Shown: in pieces, positions 42,101 to 53,442 of the stretch | Position numbering within the stretch: position 1 is the stretch's first letter | How the letters are laid out: the number at the start of each line of letters is the position of its first letter | NCBI GenBank assembly: GCA_930990125.1 | Contig: CAKNOI010000002.1 | Coordinates: 16,328-80,327 of the forward strand | Origin: an uncultured Clostridiaceae bacterium | GTDB taxonomy: Bacteria > Bacillota > Clostridia > TANB77 > CAG-508 | Direction: 5' to 3' | DNA length: 64,000 nt | Notes under the pieces: generated by a model | Databases searched by the model: none | Told to the model about the DNA's origin: nothing | Seen by the model: the letters and a program-made list of their open reading frames with translations, nothing else | Translations under genes and position numbers: made by a program

Positions 42101-45100
42101 CTATCCAACGGTGTTAGGTTGTACCTCTTCTTGCATTTCTCCTACTTTTTCTTCTTGTTCTGTATTAATATGAATTTCTTTATATTTTGCCATACCTGTT
42201 CCTGCTGGGATTAGTTTACCAATGATAACATTTTCTTTTAGTCCGATTAAGTTATCTACTTTTCCTTTAATAGCAGCTTCTGTTAATACTCTTGTTGTTT
42301 CTTGGAAAGATGCTGCAGATAGGAAGCTTTCGGTAGCAAGTGAAGCTTTGGTAATACCTAATAATGTATGTTTTCCAGTTGCTGGTCTTAATCCTTGTTC
42401 TATTGCTTCTTTGTTTTTGTCTTCAAATTCATAAACATCTACCAAAGAACCAGTGAACATATCGGTATCTCCATTGTCCTCAATTTTAATTTTCTTAAGC
42501 ATTTGTCTACCAATTACCTCAATGTGTTTATCATTAATATCAACACCTTGGTTACGGTATACTTTTTGTACTTCTGCGATTAAATAACGATATACACCTT
42601 CTGGTCCATTGATTGCTAAAATTTCATTTGGGTTAATAGAACCTTCTGTAATTGGGTCTCCTGCTTCTATAAAGTCTCCTTCTTTTACATGTAGTTTAGA
42701 ACCAAATGGTATACTATAGGTTTTTGAATTATCTTTAGAAGTAATCGTTACTTCTTTTTTCTTCTTATCGTCTGTGATTTTTACTTCACCGTCTATTTCA
42801 GAAATAATTGCTAATCCTTTTGGTTTTCTAGCTTCGAACAATTCCTCTACTCTAGGAAGACCTTGTGTAATATCTCCTCCTGCAACACCACCTTGGTGGA
42901 AGGTTCTCATGGTTAGCTGTGTACCAGGCTCTCCAATAGATTGTGCTGCTATTATACCAACAGATTCTCCTATATTTACTTCTTTATGTGTTGCAAGTCC
43001 CATTCCATAACATTTTGCACATACACCATGTTTTGTTCTACAAGATAATGGAGAACGAATTTTTAAGCTAGAGTATCCTACTGCTAATAGTTTTTTCACA
43101 ATATCTTCGGTAATCATGGTATCTCTGTCTACAATAAGTTCTTTGGTTGTTGGGTCGTAAATGTCTTCTGTTACGTATCTTCCTATTAGTCTTTCTTCAA
43201 ATTTTTCTAAGACTTGATTTCCGTCTTTGATATCCATTACAACAATGCCTTCATGTGTACCACAGTCTTCTTCTCTTACAATAATATCTTGGGCAACATC
43301 TACTAATCTTCTTGTTAAGTATCCAGAGTCTGCTGTTCTTAGAGCAGTATCTGCAAGTCCTTTTCTACCACCATGAGAAGATACGAAGTATTCTAGTGCA
43401 TCTAGTCCCTCACGGAAACAAGATTTAATCGGAATTTCTACAGCTTTACCTTGGGTATTTGCCATAAGTCCACGCATACCTGCAATTTGTCTTAACTGGT
43501 TCATATTACCTCTTGCTCCAGATTGTGCCATCATGAAGATTGGGTTCATATCATCAAAGTTTTCTTCCATTGCTTTACTTACATCTTGTGTTGCATCTTC
43601 CCAAACTTTAATAACAGATTCATATCTTTCATTATTGGTAATTAAACCACGTTTGTATTTTTTAGATATTTCTTCTACTTTTTTATCTGCTTCTGCTAAA
43701 ATTTCTGCTTTCTTTTCTGGTACTGCAACATCAGCAACAGATACGGTAATAGCACCTTTAGTAGAATATTTAAATCCTGTTGCTTTAATATAATCTAATA
43801 CTTCTGCAGCATCAGATAAGCCATGTTTGTTAATTACTTTTTCTACGATTTTTCCTAAGTTTTTCTTGATAACTGGAAAATCAATTTCTAAGTCAAACAT
43901 ATGCTCTGGATCTGTTCTGTCTACATATCCTAAGTCTTGTGGGATTCCTTGGTTATAAATTACTCTACCTACAGTTGTTTCAATGGTTTTGTGTTGTAAT
44001 TCTCCCTCTATTTCCTTATACATTCTTATTTTTACTTTTGCATGTAAGCCTAAGTCTCCATTTTGATATGCCATTAAAGCTTCGTCTGTATCTTTAAAAT
44101 ACATTCCTTCGCCTTTTTCTCCTGGAACTTCCATGGTTAAGTAATAACTACCTAAAATCATATCCTGTGTTGGTACCGTTACTGGTTTACCATCTTGTGG
44201 TTTTAATAAGTTGTTAACAGATAACATTAAATATCTTGCTTCTGCTTGTGCTTCTGGTGAAAGTGGTACGTGTACCGCCATTTGGTCTCCGTCGAAGTCT
44301 GCGTTAAATGCAGTACATACTAATGGATGTAGTTTAATAGCTCTACCTTCTACTAGTACTGGTTCAAATGCTTGAATACCTAATCTATGTAGAGTAGGTG
44401 CACGGTTTAACATAACTGGATGGTCATGAATAACATCTTCTAGAATGTCCCATACTTCTGGTCTTAGTCTTTCTACCATTCTTTTTGCATTTTTAATATT
44501 ATGCGCAATTCCTCTTCCTACCAATTCTTTCATTACAAATGGCTTAAATAGTTCTACTGCCATTTCTTTTGGAAGACCACATTGGTATATTTTAAGTTCT
44601 GGTCCTACAACGATAACAGAACGACCAGAGTAGTCTACTCTTTTTCCTAGTAAGTTTTGTCTAAATCTTCCTTGTTTTCCTTTTAACATATCTGATAAAG
44701 ATTTTAATGCTCTATTTCCTGCTCCTGTAACAGGACGTCCACGTCTGCCGTTATCGATTAGGGCATCTACAGATTCTTGTAACATTCTTTTTTCATTACG
44801 TACAATAATTTCTGGTGCTCCTAATTCTAATAGTCTTTTTAAACGATTGTTACGGTTAATTACTCTACGGTATAAATCGTTTAAGTCAGATGTTGCAAAT
44901 CTACCTCCATCTAACTGTACCATTGGTCTTAGTTCTGGTGGAATAACAGGAACGACTCCCATTATCATCCATTCTGGTCTATTCCCAGATAAACGGAAAG
45001 ATTCTACAGTGTCTAATCTTTTTACTATTTTCGCTTTCTTTTGCTCGCTTGCTTTTTCTAATTCTTTTTTTAGTTTTGCGGATAATTTTTCTAAGTCAAT

Positions 45101-45646
45101 TTCTTCTAATAATGTTCGGATACTTTCTGCTCCCATTCCGGCTTTAAAAGAACCTTTTCCGTATTTTTCGATAGCGTCATGGTATTCTTTCTCGCTAAGA
45201 ACTTGTGCTTTCATTAATCCAGATGTTCCTTTGTCTGTTACAATGTAAGATGCAAAATATACTACTTTTTCTAGGCTTCGTGGAGAAATATCTAGCATTA
45301 ATGCAATTCTACTTGGAATTCCTTTAAAATACCAAATATGTGCCACTGGTGCAGCAAGTTCAATATGTCCCATTCTTTCTCTTCTTACTTTAGATTTTGT
45401 AACTTCTACTCCACAGCGGTCACAGACAATACCCTTGTATCTTACTCTTTTATATTTTCCACAATGACATTCCCAGTCTTTGGTTGGTCCAAATATTCTT
45501 TCACAAAACAGTCCATCTTTTTCTGGTTTTAGTGTTCTATAGTTAATAGTTTCTGGTTTTTTTACTTCTCCTCTGGACCATTCTCTTATTTTTTCATCTG
45601 ATGCTAATCCTATTTTAATTTTATCAAATATTTCTAACTCTTCCAC
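42101..45646 (-). CDS. rpoC: DNA-directed RNA polymerase subunit beta'
   Basis: [12 protein letters not shown] catalytic motif; zinc-binding [23 protein letters not shown]; 1181 aa. Confidence 0.97.
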   Translation of the reverse strand: MEELEIFDKIKIGLASDEKIREWSRGEVKKPETINYRTLKPEKDGLFCERIFGPTKDWECHCGKYKRVRYKGIVCDRCGVEVTKSKVRRERMGHIELAAPVAHIWYFKGIPSRIALMLDISPRSLEKVVYFASYIVTDKGTSGLMKAQVLSEKEYHDAIEKYGKGSFKAGMGAESIRTLLEEIDLEKLSAKLKKELEKASEQKKAKIVKRLDTVESFRLSGNRPEWMIMGVVPVIPPELRPMVQLDGGRFATSDLNDLYRRVINRNNRLKRLLELGAPEIIVRNEKRMLQESVDALIDNGRRGRPVTGAGNRALKSLSDMLKGKQGRFRQNLLGKRVDYSGRSVIVVGPELKIYQCGLPKEMAVELFKPFVMKELVGRGIAHNIKNAKRMVERLRPEVWDILEDVIHDHPVMLNRAPTLHRLGIQAFEPVLVEGRAIKLHPLVCTAFNADFDGDQMAVHVPLSPEAQAEARYLMLSVNNLLKPQDGKPVTVPTQDMILGSYYLTMEVPGEKGEGMYFKDTDEALMAYQNGDLGLHAKVKIRMYKEIEGELQHKTIETTVGRVIYNQGIPQDLGYVDRTDPEHMFDLEIDFPVIKKNLGKIVEKVINKHGLSDAAEVLDYIKATGFKYSTKGAITVSVADVAVPEKKAEILAEADKKVEEISKKYKRGLITNNERYESVIKVWEDATQDVSKAMEENFDDMNPIFMMAQSGARGNMNQLRQIAGMRGLMANTQGKAVEIPIKSCFREGLDALEYFVSSHGGRKGLADTALRTADSGYLTRRLVDVAQDIIVREEDCGTHEGIVVMDIKDGNQVLEKFEERLIGRYVTEDIYDPTTKELIVDRDTMITEDIVKKLLAVGYSSLKIRSPLSCRTKHGVCAKCYGMGLATHKEVNIGESVGIIAAQSIGEPGTQLTMRTFHQGGVAGGDITQGLPRVEELFEARKPKGLAIISEIDGEVKITDDKKKKEVTITSKDNSKTYSIPFGSKLHVKEGDFIEAGDPITEGSINPNEILAINGPEGVYRYLIAEVQKVYRNQGVDINDKHIEVIGRQMLKKIKIEDNGDTDMFTGSLVDVYEFEDKNKEAIEQGLRPATGKHTLLGITKASLATESFLSAASFQETTRVLTEAAIKGKVDNLIGLKENVIIGKLIPAGTGMAKYKEIHINTEQEEKVGEMQEEVQPNTVG

Positions 45647-45829
45647 TATTCAAATAGCCCCCTCTTTTTTTGGTAGGACTTTCCTACTGTTTATTTGCTT
45701 TGCTCTTTTTTGAGCTTTCTCTATTTGTTTGTTAGGATCCTATTTCAGAAACACTGCTGTACAATTTAAGAAGGCATCCTGTAATAGGAAAATCCTAACT
45801 GGTAAATAACCCCTAGACTATTTTATTTT

Positions 45830-48800
45830 TTATTCTTCTTCGATAATATCATTATCATTTAATAGATTATCTTCGCCAAGGTCTGTATCTGTTAGCATCA
45901 TTTCATCGGCATCGTCTACTAAATCTTCAAACAGATTATCATTTTCATCCTCTGTTTCCTCTATATAGCCGTCTTCTAATTCATCTGGTAAAATGACATC
46001 TTCTTCTTGGAATTTTTTGTCCATTTCTGGATTGTATTCTATTCCGTCTTCAATATGTTCTTTTAATTCTAATTCTTTGTTATCCTTAGAATATAGTCGT
46101 ACATCCAGTCCTAGAGACTGTAATTCTTTAATTAATACTTTAAAGCTTTCTGGAACTCCTGGTTCAGGTACGTTTTCTCCTTTTACAATGGCTTCGTAAG
46201 TTTTTACACGTCCTACGACATCATCGGATTTTACGGTTAAGATTTCTTGTAAGGTATATGCTGCACCATATGCTTCTAATGCCCAAACTTCCATCTCTCC
46301 AAATCTTTGTCCTCCAAATTGTGCTTTACCTCCAAGAGGTTGTTGTGTTACTAAAGAGTATGGTCCTGTAGAACGAGCATGTATTTTATCATCTACTAAG
46401 TGGTGTAGTTTTAACATATACATAACACCAACGGTAATTGGTTTATCAAATGGTTCTCCGGTTCTTCCATCATATAAAGTTGTTTTTCCATCTCTAGATA
46501 GTCCTGCTTCTTCTAGTAAGTCTTCAATATCTTTTCCGGATGCTCCGTCAAATACTGGTGTTGCTACTTTCCAGCCTAATGCTCTTGCTGCAGCTCCTAA
46601 GTGTACTTCTAGCACCTGTCCCAAGTTCATACGAGAAGGAACACCTAATGGGTTTAATACAATGTCTACTGGTGTACCATCTGGTAAGAAAGGCATATCT
46701 TCTTCTGGTAAGATTCTAGATACAACACCTTTATTTCCATGGCGTCCTGCCATTTTATCTCCTACAGATATTTTTCTTTTTTGTGCAATATAACAACGAA
46801 TTACTTGGTTTACACCAGGTCCTAATTCATCTGAATTGTCTCTGTCAAATACTTTAATATCTACTATCGTTCCAGATTCTCCATGTGGTACACGTAAAGA
46901 GGTGTCTCTTACTTCTCTTGCTTTTTCTCCAAAGATAGCACGAAGTAATCTTTCTTCTGCGGTAAGTTCTGTTTCTCCTTTTGGAGTAACTTTACCTACT
47001 AAAATATCTCCTGGTCTTACTTCTGCACCAATACGAATAATTCCGTTTTCATCTAAGTCTTTTAATCCGTCATCTCCTACGTTTGGTATATCTCTTGTTA
47101 TTTCTTCTGGTCCTAATTTGGTATCACGACATTCGCAGTCGTATTCTTCAATATGAATAGATGTATACACATCTTCTTTTACTAGTCTTTCGCTAATTAA
47201 TACAGCGTCTTCGTAGTTATATCCTTCCCACGTTGCAAAAGCTATTAATACGTTTTTACCAAGAGCCATTTCTCCATTTTGAGTAGATGGTCCATCTGCA
47301 ATAACGTCTCCTGCTTTTACTTTTTCGCCTTTTACGACAATTGGTCTTTGGTTGATACAAGTACCACCATTGGTTCTCTTGAATTTACGTAGTTTATGTG
47401 TTTTAGTTTCTCCGTTTTTATATTTTACAACAATTTCGTTTCCTGTTACTTTTTGAATAACACCATCATCTTCTGCCAAAATCATAATGCCAGAATCTTT
47501 TGCTGCTCTATATTCTATACCAGTTCCTACAATTGGGGAATCTGGAATTAATAGTGGAACTCCTTGACGTTGCATGTTAGCACCCATTAATGCACGGTGT
47601 GCGTCGTCATGCTCCAAAAATGGTATCATGGCAGCAGCAACAGACACTAATTGTTTTGGGGATACGTCTACATAGTCTACTCTATCTGGTGTTACCTCTG
47701 CAATATCGTCTAAAATTCTTACTTTTATTTTTTTGTTAATAAAGTTTCCATTTTTATCTAATGGTTCAGATGCTTGTGCAATGATGTATTTATCTTCTAT
47801 ATCAGCAGACATATAGTCTACAATATCTGTTACTCTTCCTGTCTTTTTATCTACTCTACGATATGGTGTTTCTACGAATCCGTATTCGTTAATAATAGCA
47901 AAAGAAGAAAGTGCAGAAATTAATCCGATGTTTGGTCCTTCTGGTGATTCAATTGGACATAATCTACCATAGTGAGTATAGTGAACGTCTCTTACTTCGA
48001 ATCCAGCTCTTTCACGAGATAATCCTCCTGGTCCTAATGCAGACACCCTTCTTTTATGGGTAAGTTCAGAAAGTGGGTTAGTTTGATCCATAAATTGTGA
48101 AAGTTGTGAACTACCGAAGAATTCACGAATAGAAGAACTGATTGGTTTTGTATTAATTAAAGTTTGTGGTGTTACAACGTCTAAGTCTTGAATGGTCATT
48201 CTTTCACGAACTACTCTTTCTAGTCTTGTTAAACCAATACGGAATTGGTTTTGTAATAGTTCTCCTACGCAACGGATACGTCTATTTCCTAAATGGTCTA
48301 TGTCATCTACATGTCCTAAACCATGGTCTAGGTTTAATAGGTAACTTACAGAAGCAAGGATGTCTTCTGTTGTAATATGTTTTGGTACTAATTCGTCGAT
48401 TCTTTCTTTACATACTTTAACAAGGTCTTTCTCTTCTGTTGTGTCTACAATGCTTTTTAGTACAGCATAGTTTACATTTTCTTTAATATGTAATGTACTC
48501 AAATCAATTTCAGATAAGTATTTATAAATGTTAACTGTTCCATTTCCAATAATTCTTACTTTTTTGTCATTTACTTTGACATCTACTACGTTAACACCTG
48601 CATTTTGAATTTCTTCTGCTAGCTCTTCTGTAATAACAGCATCTTTTTCTACTAGCACTTCTCCTGTTTCTGGGTTTACGATTGTTTCCCAAGCAATTTG
48701 GTTTGTAATTCTAGTAGCTAAAGATAGCTTTTGGTTAAATTTGTATCTTCCTACTTTAGCTAAGTCATAACGACGATTATCAAATAAAAGTCCGTTAAAT

Positions 48801-49558
48801 AGATTTCTTGCTGCTTCTACAGTTGGAAGTTCTCCTGGTCTTAACTTTTTATAGATTTCAATTAATGCTTCGTCTTGGTTTTTAATAGGATCTTTTTCTA
48901 TGGTAGCTTTTAGTTTTTCTTCGTCTCCAAAGAATTCTAATATTTGTTCATCTGTGATAATTCCTAATGCTCGTAGTAAAGAAGTAACTGGAAGTTTTCT
49001 TGTCCTATCTACGCGCACATAAAAAACATCGTTACTATCGGTTTCGTATTCTAACCAAGCTCCACGAATTGGCATTACTGTAGAAGTATAAATACGTTTT
49101 CCTGTTTTGTCGAAGTCAGAAGCATAATAGCATCCTGGTGAACGAACTAATTGGCTTACTACAACTCTTTCTGCTCCGTTAATAACAAAGGTTCCGCTAT
49201 CTGTCATTACTGGGAAATCTCCAAGATAAATTTCTTGTTCTTTTATTTCCCCTGTTTCGCGGTTAATAAGTCTTACTTTTACATGTAAGCGTGTAGAATA
49301 GGTTGCATCTCTCTCTTTTGCTTCTTCTAGAGTATATTTGGTATCTTTTTCCATGTAATAGTCTAAAAACTCTAGTACTAGGTTTCCTGAATAGTCTATA
49401 ATAGGAGAAATATCTCTTAAAACTTCTCCAAGCCCTTCTTCTACAAACCAGTCATAAGAATCTTTTTGCACTTTAATTAAGTTTGGCATTTCAATAAAAT
49501 CGCCAATTTTTGCGAAACTTTTACGTGTGCATTTTTCATGTTTAATATCTGTAATCAA
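45830..49558 (-). CDS. rpoB: DNA-directed RNA polymerase subunit beta (with extended acidic C-terminal tail)
   Basis: Conserved RpoB blocks throughout. About 50 extra Asp/Glu-rich residues at the C-terminus ([43 protein letters not shown]). Confidence 0.97.
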   Translation of the reverse strand: MITDIKHEKCTRKSFAKIGDFIEMPNLIKVQKDSYDWFVEEGLGEVLRDISPIIDYSGNLVLEFLDYYMEKDTKYTLEEAKERDATYSTRLHVKVRLINRETGEIKEQEIYLGDFPVMTDSGTFVINGAERVVVSQLVRSPGCYYASDFDKTGKRIYTSTVMPIRGAWLEYETDSNDVFYVRVDRTRKLPVTSLLRALGIITDEQILEFFGDEEKLKATIEKDPIKNQDEALIEIYKKLRPGELPTVEAARNLFNGLLFDNRRYDLAKVGRYKFNQKLSLATRITNQIAWETIVNPETGEVLVEKDAVITEELAEEIQNAGVNVVDVKVNDKKVRIIGNGTVNIYKYLSEIDLSTLHIKENVNYAVLKSIVDTTEEKDLVKVCKERIDELVPKHITTEDILASVSYLLNLDHGLGHVDDIDHLGNRRIRCVGELLQNQFRIGLTRLERVVRERMTIQDLDVVTPQTLINTKPISSSIREFFGSSQLSQFMDQTNPLSELTHKRRVSALGPGGLSRERAGFEVRDVHYTHYGRLCPIESPEGPNIGLISALSSFAIINEYGFVETPYRRVDKKTGRVTDIVDYMSADIEDKYIIAQASEPLDKNGNFINKKIKVRILDDIAEVTPDRVDYVDVSPKQLVSVAAAMIPFLEHDDAHRALMGANMQRQGVPLLIPDSPIVGTGIEYRAAKDSGIMILAEDDGVIQKVTGNEIVVKYKNGETKTHKLRKFKRTNGGTCINQRPIVVKGEKVKAGDVIADGPSTQNGEMALGKNVLIAFATWEGYNYEDAVLISERLVKEDVYTSIHIEEYDCECRDTKLGPEEITRDIPNVGDDGLKDLDENGIIRIGAEVRPGDILVGKVTPKGETELTAEERLLRAIFGEKAREVRDTSLRVPHGESGTIVDIKVFDRDNSDELGPGVNQVIRCYIAQKRKISVGDKMAGRHGNKGVVSRILPEEDMPFLPDGTPVDIVLNPLGVPSRMNLGQVLEVHLGAAARALGWKVATPVFDGASGKDIEDLLEEAGLSRDGKTTLYDGRTGEPFDKPITVGVMYMLKLHHLVDDKIHARSTGPYSLVTQQPLGGKAQFGGQRFGEMEVWALEAYGAAYTLQEILTVKSDDVVGRVKTYEAIVKGENVPEPGVPESFKVLIKELQSLGLDVRLYSKDNKELELKEHIEDGIEYNPEMDKKFQEEDVILPDELEDGYIEETEDENDNLFEDLVDDADEMMLTDTDLGEDNLLNDNDIIEEE

Positions 49559-50082
49559 CTTTAAACCACCCCTACAAAATTTTTAAAGCAGATTTTTAGA
49601 ATTTATTTATTTTATCTATTGGTGTATTTACTAGAAAAAAAGTCCTTCTTATTTTCTATTTTAGAAAAAAGAAAGCCGTACTGCTTCTCTTCGTCTTTTC
49701 CTTTTTCTAAAATAGGAATAATTCCTCTTTTTTTCTATTTTAAGAACGAATTTAATAAGACAACAAAAAAGTCGCCGGCAATCTTTTCTTTATTGCCAAC
49801 TACTTTATATGTTATTTACTTGTTTAGATTTAATTTTTTAAATAAAATAATCTTAATCACCCTTATTTCTCTATGTTTAAGATTAATTGCTGTAATAGTT
49901 TCAGATAAAATCCCCATCTTATTACAAATAGTATAATAAGAATATCACACAAAAGGCTAATTGTCAATCATTTTGGTAAAAATTTTAACTAATTTTAAAT
50001 AGGATTTTTAAAATATTTGATCGGTACAATTAGGAAGAATGTTCGGCGCATGAAAAAAGAGAAGTCAAGAAGGCTCCTCTTT

Positions 50083-50277
50083 TTATTTCTTTTCTGTTAT
50101 ATTTGCAATATCACCATGTAGTGGAATAACATCCCATCCTGTTAATTCATCTACATATGGCTCGTAATATTCATATAATACATAGACTTTCTTTTGGTAA
50201 AAAAATCCCATTGCAATTTCGAATACTTTTTCTTTTACTTTTTTACTGGCACTTAATACAATTCTCACTTTTTTCAC
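50083..50277 (-). CDS. Small hypothetical protein (64 aa)
   Basis: ORF only; downstream of trmL on the same strand; weak terminator-like hairpin 3' of it. Confidence 0.3.
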   Translation of the reverse strand: MKKVRIVLSASKKVKEKVFEIAMGFFYQKKVYVLYEYYEPYVDELTGWDVIPLHGDIANITEKK

Positions 50278-50330
50278 CTCATTTGTTTTTTCTATTGTAT
50301 TATAGTTTCCTTTATTTTTTCAAGCCTAAA

Positions 50331-50376
50331 TTACAATTTAATTAAAATAAGAATTACAATTTAATTAAAATAAGAA
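50331..50376. repeat. Perfect 23-bp tandem duplication (ttacaatttaattaaaataagaa x2) overlapping the trmL stop codon
   Basis: Direct reading: units at 50331..50353 and 50354..50376. Confidence 0.8.
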
Positions 50377-50858
50377 CTATACTTTTCTAAATCTCTAAAT
50401 TGGTTATGTCTTAATACCTCATATACCACAATAGCAACAGAATTTGATAAGTTAAGAGAACGCAAAGTTTGTCTCATTGGGATACGTATACTTTTGTCTA
50501 AATATTTTTGTAAAAGGTCTTCTGGTAATCCTTTGGTTTCTTTTCCAAATAGTAAAAAAACTTCTTCCTGTTCTTCATAAGGAACATCGGTATAACAATG
50601 CGGTGCTTTTGTAGTAACAAAGTACATCGCATGTTCTTCTGGTTTATATTTTTCTAAAAAATCTGCTAAACATTCATGTTCTTCTATTTCTAATTTGTCC
50701 CAGTAATCTAGTCCTGCTCTTTTTAATGTTTTATCATTAATAGTAAATCCTAGTGGTTTTACTAAATGTAATTTTGCTCCTGTAGCTGCACAGGTTCTGG
50801 CAATATTGCCTGTATTTTGTGGAATTTCTGGTTCTACCATTACTATATTTATTTTCAT
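50361..50858 (-). CDS. trmL: tRNA (cytidine/uridine-2'-O)-methyltransferase TrmL (SpoU family)
   Basis: MVEPEIPQNTGNIARTCAATGAKLHLVKPLGF N-terminus typical of TrmL/CspR; 165 aa. Confidence 0.85.
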   Translation of the reverse strand: MKINIVMVEPEIPQNTGNIARTCAATGAKLHLVKPLGFTINDKTLKRAGLDYWDKLEIEEHECLADFLEKYKPEEHAMYFVTTKAPHCYTDVPYEEQEEVFLLFGKETKGLPEDLLQKYLDKSIRIPMRQTLRSLNLSNSVAIVVYEVLRHNQFRDLEKYSSYFN

Positions 50859-50860
50859 TT

Positions 50861-51829
50861 TTACTTTATCATATCGTATTTGATAAATTTTATTTGATTT
50901 GCTATATTACTTTTTGTTTTAGATGTTGTTTTACCTAAATCGGTACTTAAGTATTTTTTATTATCATCTGCAAAAACGGTTACTATTGCATCTTCTTTTG
51001 CTACTGTTTCCTTTGCAAGGATACACGCTAACGCGTTCGCTCCAGAAGAAATTCCTACTCCTATTCCCAACTCTGTTGCAATTTTTTGTGCTATTTGGAT
51101 ACTTCCCTCATCATTAATTAGAAGAATAGCATCTATTTCTTCTTTTTTTACTAATTCTGGAACAAATTCATCTCCAATTCCTTCTATTTTGTGTGCACCG
51201 GTTACTTTTCCTCCAGATAACAATGGCATACTGTCTGGTTCTAAAGCAATGATTTTTGCATTTGGATAGGCTTTTTTTATTCTTCTTCCTGTTCCCATTA
51301 ATGTTCCTCCTGTTCCTACTCCAGAAACAAATGCACCTATACTTTCTGGAACTTGCTCTACAATTTCTTTTCCAGTAGTTTCATAATGTGCCAGTATATT
51401 ATCGGGATTAGAAAATTGATTTGCAAGAAAACCATTAACTTCTTTTGCTAATGCTTTAGCCTGCTCGACACATGCTAAAAATCCACCTTCTTCTGCACTT
51501 ATTAAGCAAACTTTTGCGCCATAGCTTTTCATGAGTTCTATACGTTCTTTACTTGCCCAATTCGGCATAAAAATGGTTACGGGATGCCCTTCTCTCGCTC
51601 CTAGTGCTGCTAATGCAATTCCTGTATTTCCACTGGTTGCTTCTATGATTGGCATTCCTTTTTGTAGAATTCCTTTTTCTTTTGCTTTTTGTAAAATATA
51701 CCATGCTACTCTGTCTTTAATACTTCCTGTCATTTGATAAAATTCTAATTTGGTATAAAAATAGGAAATCTTTCCCTTATATTGATATTGTACTTTAATA
51801 AGTGGTGTTTTTTGTATTGTATTCGTCAT
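50861..51829 (-). CDS. cysK: Cysteine synthase-family PLP enzyme (CysK/CysM-like)
   Basis: PLP-lysine motif GSIKDR; glycine-rich loop GVGTGGTLMGTG; about 320 aa. Confidence 0.8.
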   Translation of the reverse strand: MTNTIQKTPLIKVQYQYKGKISYFYTKLEFYQMTGSIKDRVAWYILQKAKEKGILQKGMPIIEATSGNTGIALAALGAREGHPVTIFMPNWASKERIELMKSYGAKVCLISAEEGGFLACVEQAKALAKEVNGFLANQFSNPDNILAHYETTGKEIVEQVPESIGAFVSGVGTGGTLMGTGRRIKKAYPNAKIIALEPDSMPLLSGGKVTGAHKIEGIGDEFVPELVKKEEIDAILLINDEGSIQIAQKIATELGIGVGISSGANALACILAKETVAKEDAIVTVFADDNKKYLSTDLGKTTSKTKSNIANQIKFIKYDMIK

Positions 51830-51920
51830 GTTGCCCTCCTTTCTGTTATGATTATTATATTAGACTTTACCGTTTTTGTGATTTCCTTTTCGTATTTATT
51901 ATACTGGATATTTTTTTATA

Positions 51921-51946
51921 ATACAATAGAGCAGTACTATACTGCT
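51921..51946. promoter_or_regulatory. Perfect 25-bp palindrome ATAGAGCAGTA-CTA-TACTGCTCTAT between the dps stop and the cysK start
   Basis: Direct reading. No adjacent T-run on either strand, so more operator-like than terminator-like. Confidence 0.4.
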
Positions 51947-51950
51947 CTAT

Positions 51951-52394
51951 CTACTCTCCCATCCTTTGACGGAGCATCCATAAGATTTTTGAATAGTTTA
52001 ATATATATTCATCCATTAAAGCGGATGTACCAAATGTATCCTCTTCTTTGTCTGCTTCTTTTTTAATGGTTAACACTTCTAATTTTAAGGTTGCAAAATC
52101 CTCCATAATACTTTTAAAAACTTTATCTTCTTTTATTTTTTTGTTTTCTGCTTCTTTTAATGTCGTTTTTTCTAAATAATCTTTTAGTGTTCCTAGAGGT
52201 TCCTCTCCTAGTATTAAAATATGCTCTGCAATTTCATCAATTTGCTCATGAATGGCATCATAATATTCTTCTAGTTTTTCGTGAACCCAGAAAAATTCAT
52301 CCCCTTCTATATTCCAATGATAATTTTGTAGCTTACGATAAAAGACATTTAAGTCTGCTAGCAATATGTTTAAATGGTTTACAACTTTCTCCAT
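51951..52394 (-). CDS. dps: Dps-family DNA-protection/ferritin-like protein
   Basis: LQNYHWNIEGDEFFWVHEKLEEYYDAIHEQIDEIAEHILILGEEPLGT is the Dps ferroxidase-centre region. Confidence 0.85.
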   Translation of the reverse strand: MEKVVNHLNILLADLNVFYRKLQNYHWNIEGDEFFWVHEKLEEYYDAIHEQIDEIAEHILILGEEPLGTLKDYLEKTTLKEAENKKIKEDKVFKSIMEDFATLKLEVLTIKKEADKEEDTFGTSALMDEYILNYSKILWMLRQRMGE

Positions 52395-52585
52395 ACAACA
52401 ACTTCCTTTCTAATTTATTTCTTTTTTAGTATTTCCTAAAAAATTTTTTTCATGCCATTTTTTCTTTTTTTCTTTTATTGAATTTTTTGAAAGGATTTTA
52501 TCTTTTCTTGCATCTTTCGACATATTTTTTAACTTTTCTTTGTTATAATTTTGTTTATTCACCAAAGAGGAAAGAGGTGTAAAAA

Positions 52586-52798
52586 TTGGTTAATAAGCGA
52601 AACAATGTAGTTTCTTTTCAGGCTCTAAAAAATAGGAAAAAACTTTCTATTTATGAGGAAGGCTCTATTACTATTTCCGTTTATAAAGCAAGAGATATCG
52701 ATACTCCCTTCTTTTATATTGAGCCTGATAGAAGAGAACTACTACCAATTGTGGATCATTTGGAAAAAACGTTATCCAATTACAAAACAAAAGCCTAG
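52586..52798 (+). CDS. Small hypothetical protein (70 aa, TTG start)
   Basis: ORF preceded by AGAGGTG about 8 nt upstream. Confidence 0.3.
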   Translation: MVNKRNNVVSFQALKNRKKLSIYEEGSITISVYKARDIDTPFFYIEPDRRELLPIVDHLEKTLSNYKTKA

Positions 52799-52943
52799 AA
52801 TTTTTATTTCTAGACTTTTCTTCTGCCCTCTTACTTCCTGTATAAGACTAAGTTCATGTGACATTTTTTGATAAAATTTTAACATCGCATATTTGCTTTT
52901 TTTCGTTATTAACAAAATAGCCAAATCGTTTTCAAAATTCATT

Positions 52944-53180
52944 TCACTTTTTCCACCATTTTGCCAAATTTCTTTCTTTTCCTACAATACAGCGAATAAA
53001 TAAGTCTTTCGGTACTTCATATTCTTTACAAAGCTGTCTAATTTCTGATTTGGCATACTCTCGTTCTCCAAACCTTGCAAGATATTTCATATCCATTTTT
53101 AGCTCTAGAATTTTCCTTTTATCCTGTTCACGAATGGTACTGATTCTCTTTCTTTTATTGTTTAGGACACTTTTATACAA
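52944..53180 (-). CDS. Small basic hypothetical protein (78 aa)
   Basis: ORF only. Confidence 0.3.
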   Translation of the reverse strand: MYKSVLNNKRKRISTIREQDKRKILELKMDMKYLARFGEREYAKSEIRQLCKEYEVPKDLFIRCIVGKERNLAKWWKK

Positions 53181-53442
53181 TGATAATTTTGAATCATGTT
53201 TCGGATGATATGTGAATGCATATTTCTCCCTCCTTCGTCCTTTATAGTGGATACATGATTACTATCTTTTTTCGTCATTTATCGACATTTTCCTTCTTTT
53301 TTCTTAGCTCTATTCATATAAAATAAAAATTTTTTATACAAATATGCATATTTTAGTTGACATTTATTTCCATTTAGTTTATACTGTTTTTAAATTTATT
53401 CTTTTTAATTTTTTCCTTCATTTTCCGAAAGAGGTTAAATAT

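Noticed and set aside
49619-49936. 105-aa plus-strand ORF in the region upstream of rpoB
   Set aside because: Hydrophobic low-complexity translation of an AT-rich leader/intergenic region, with no RBS; likely non-coding.
53344-53442. Upstream extension ([13 protein letters not shown]...) of comM
   Set aside because: Hydrophobic read-through of the promoter region. A good RBS (AAAGAGGT) precedes the MLSIVHS start at 53443.
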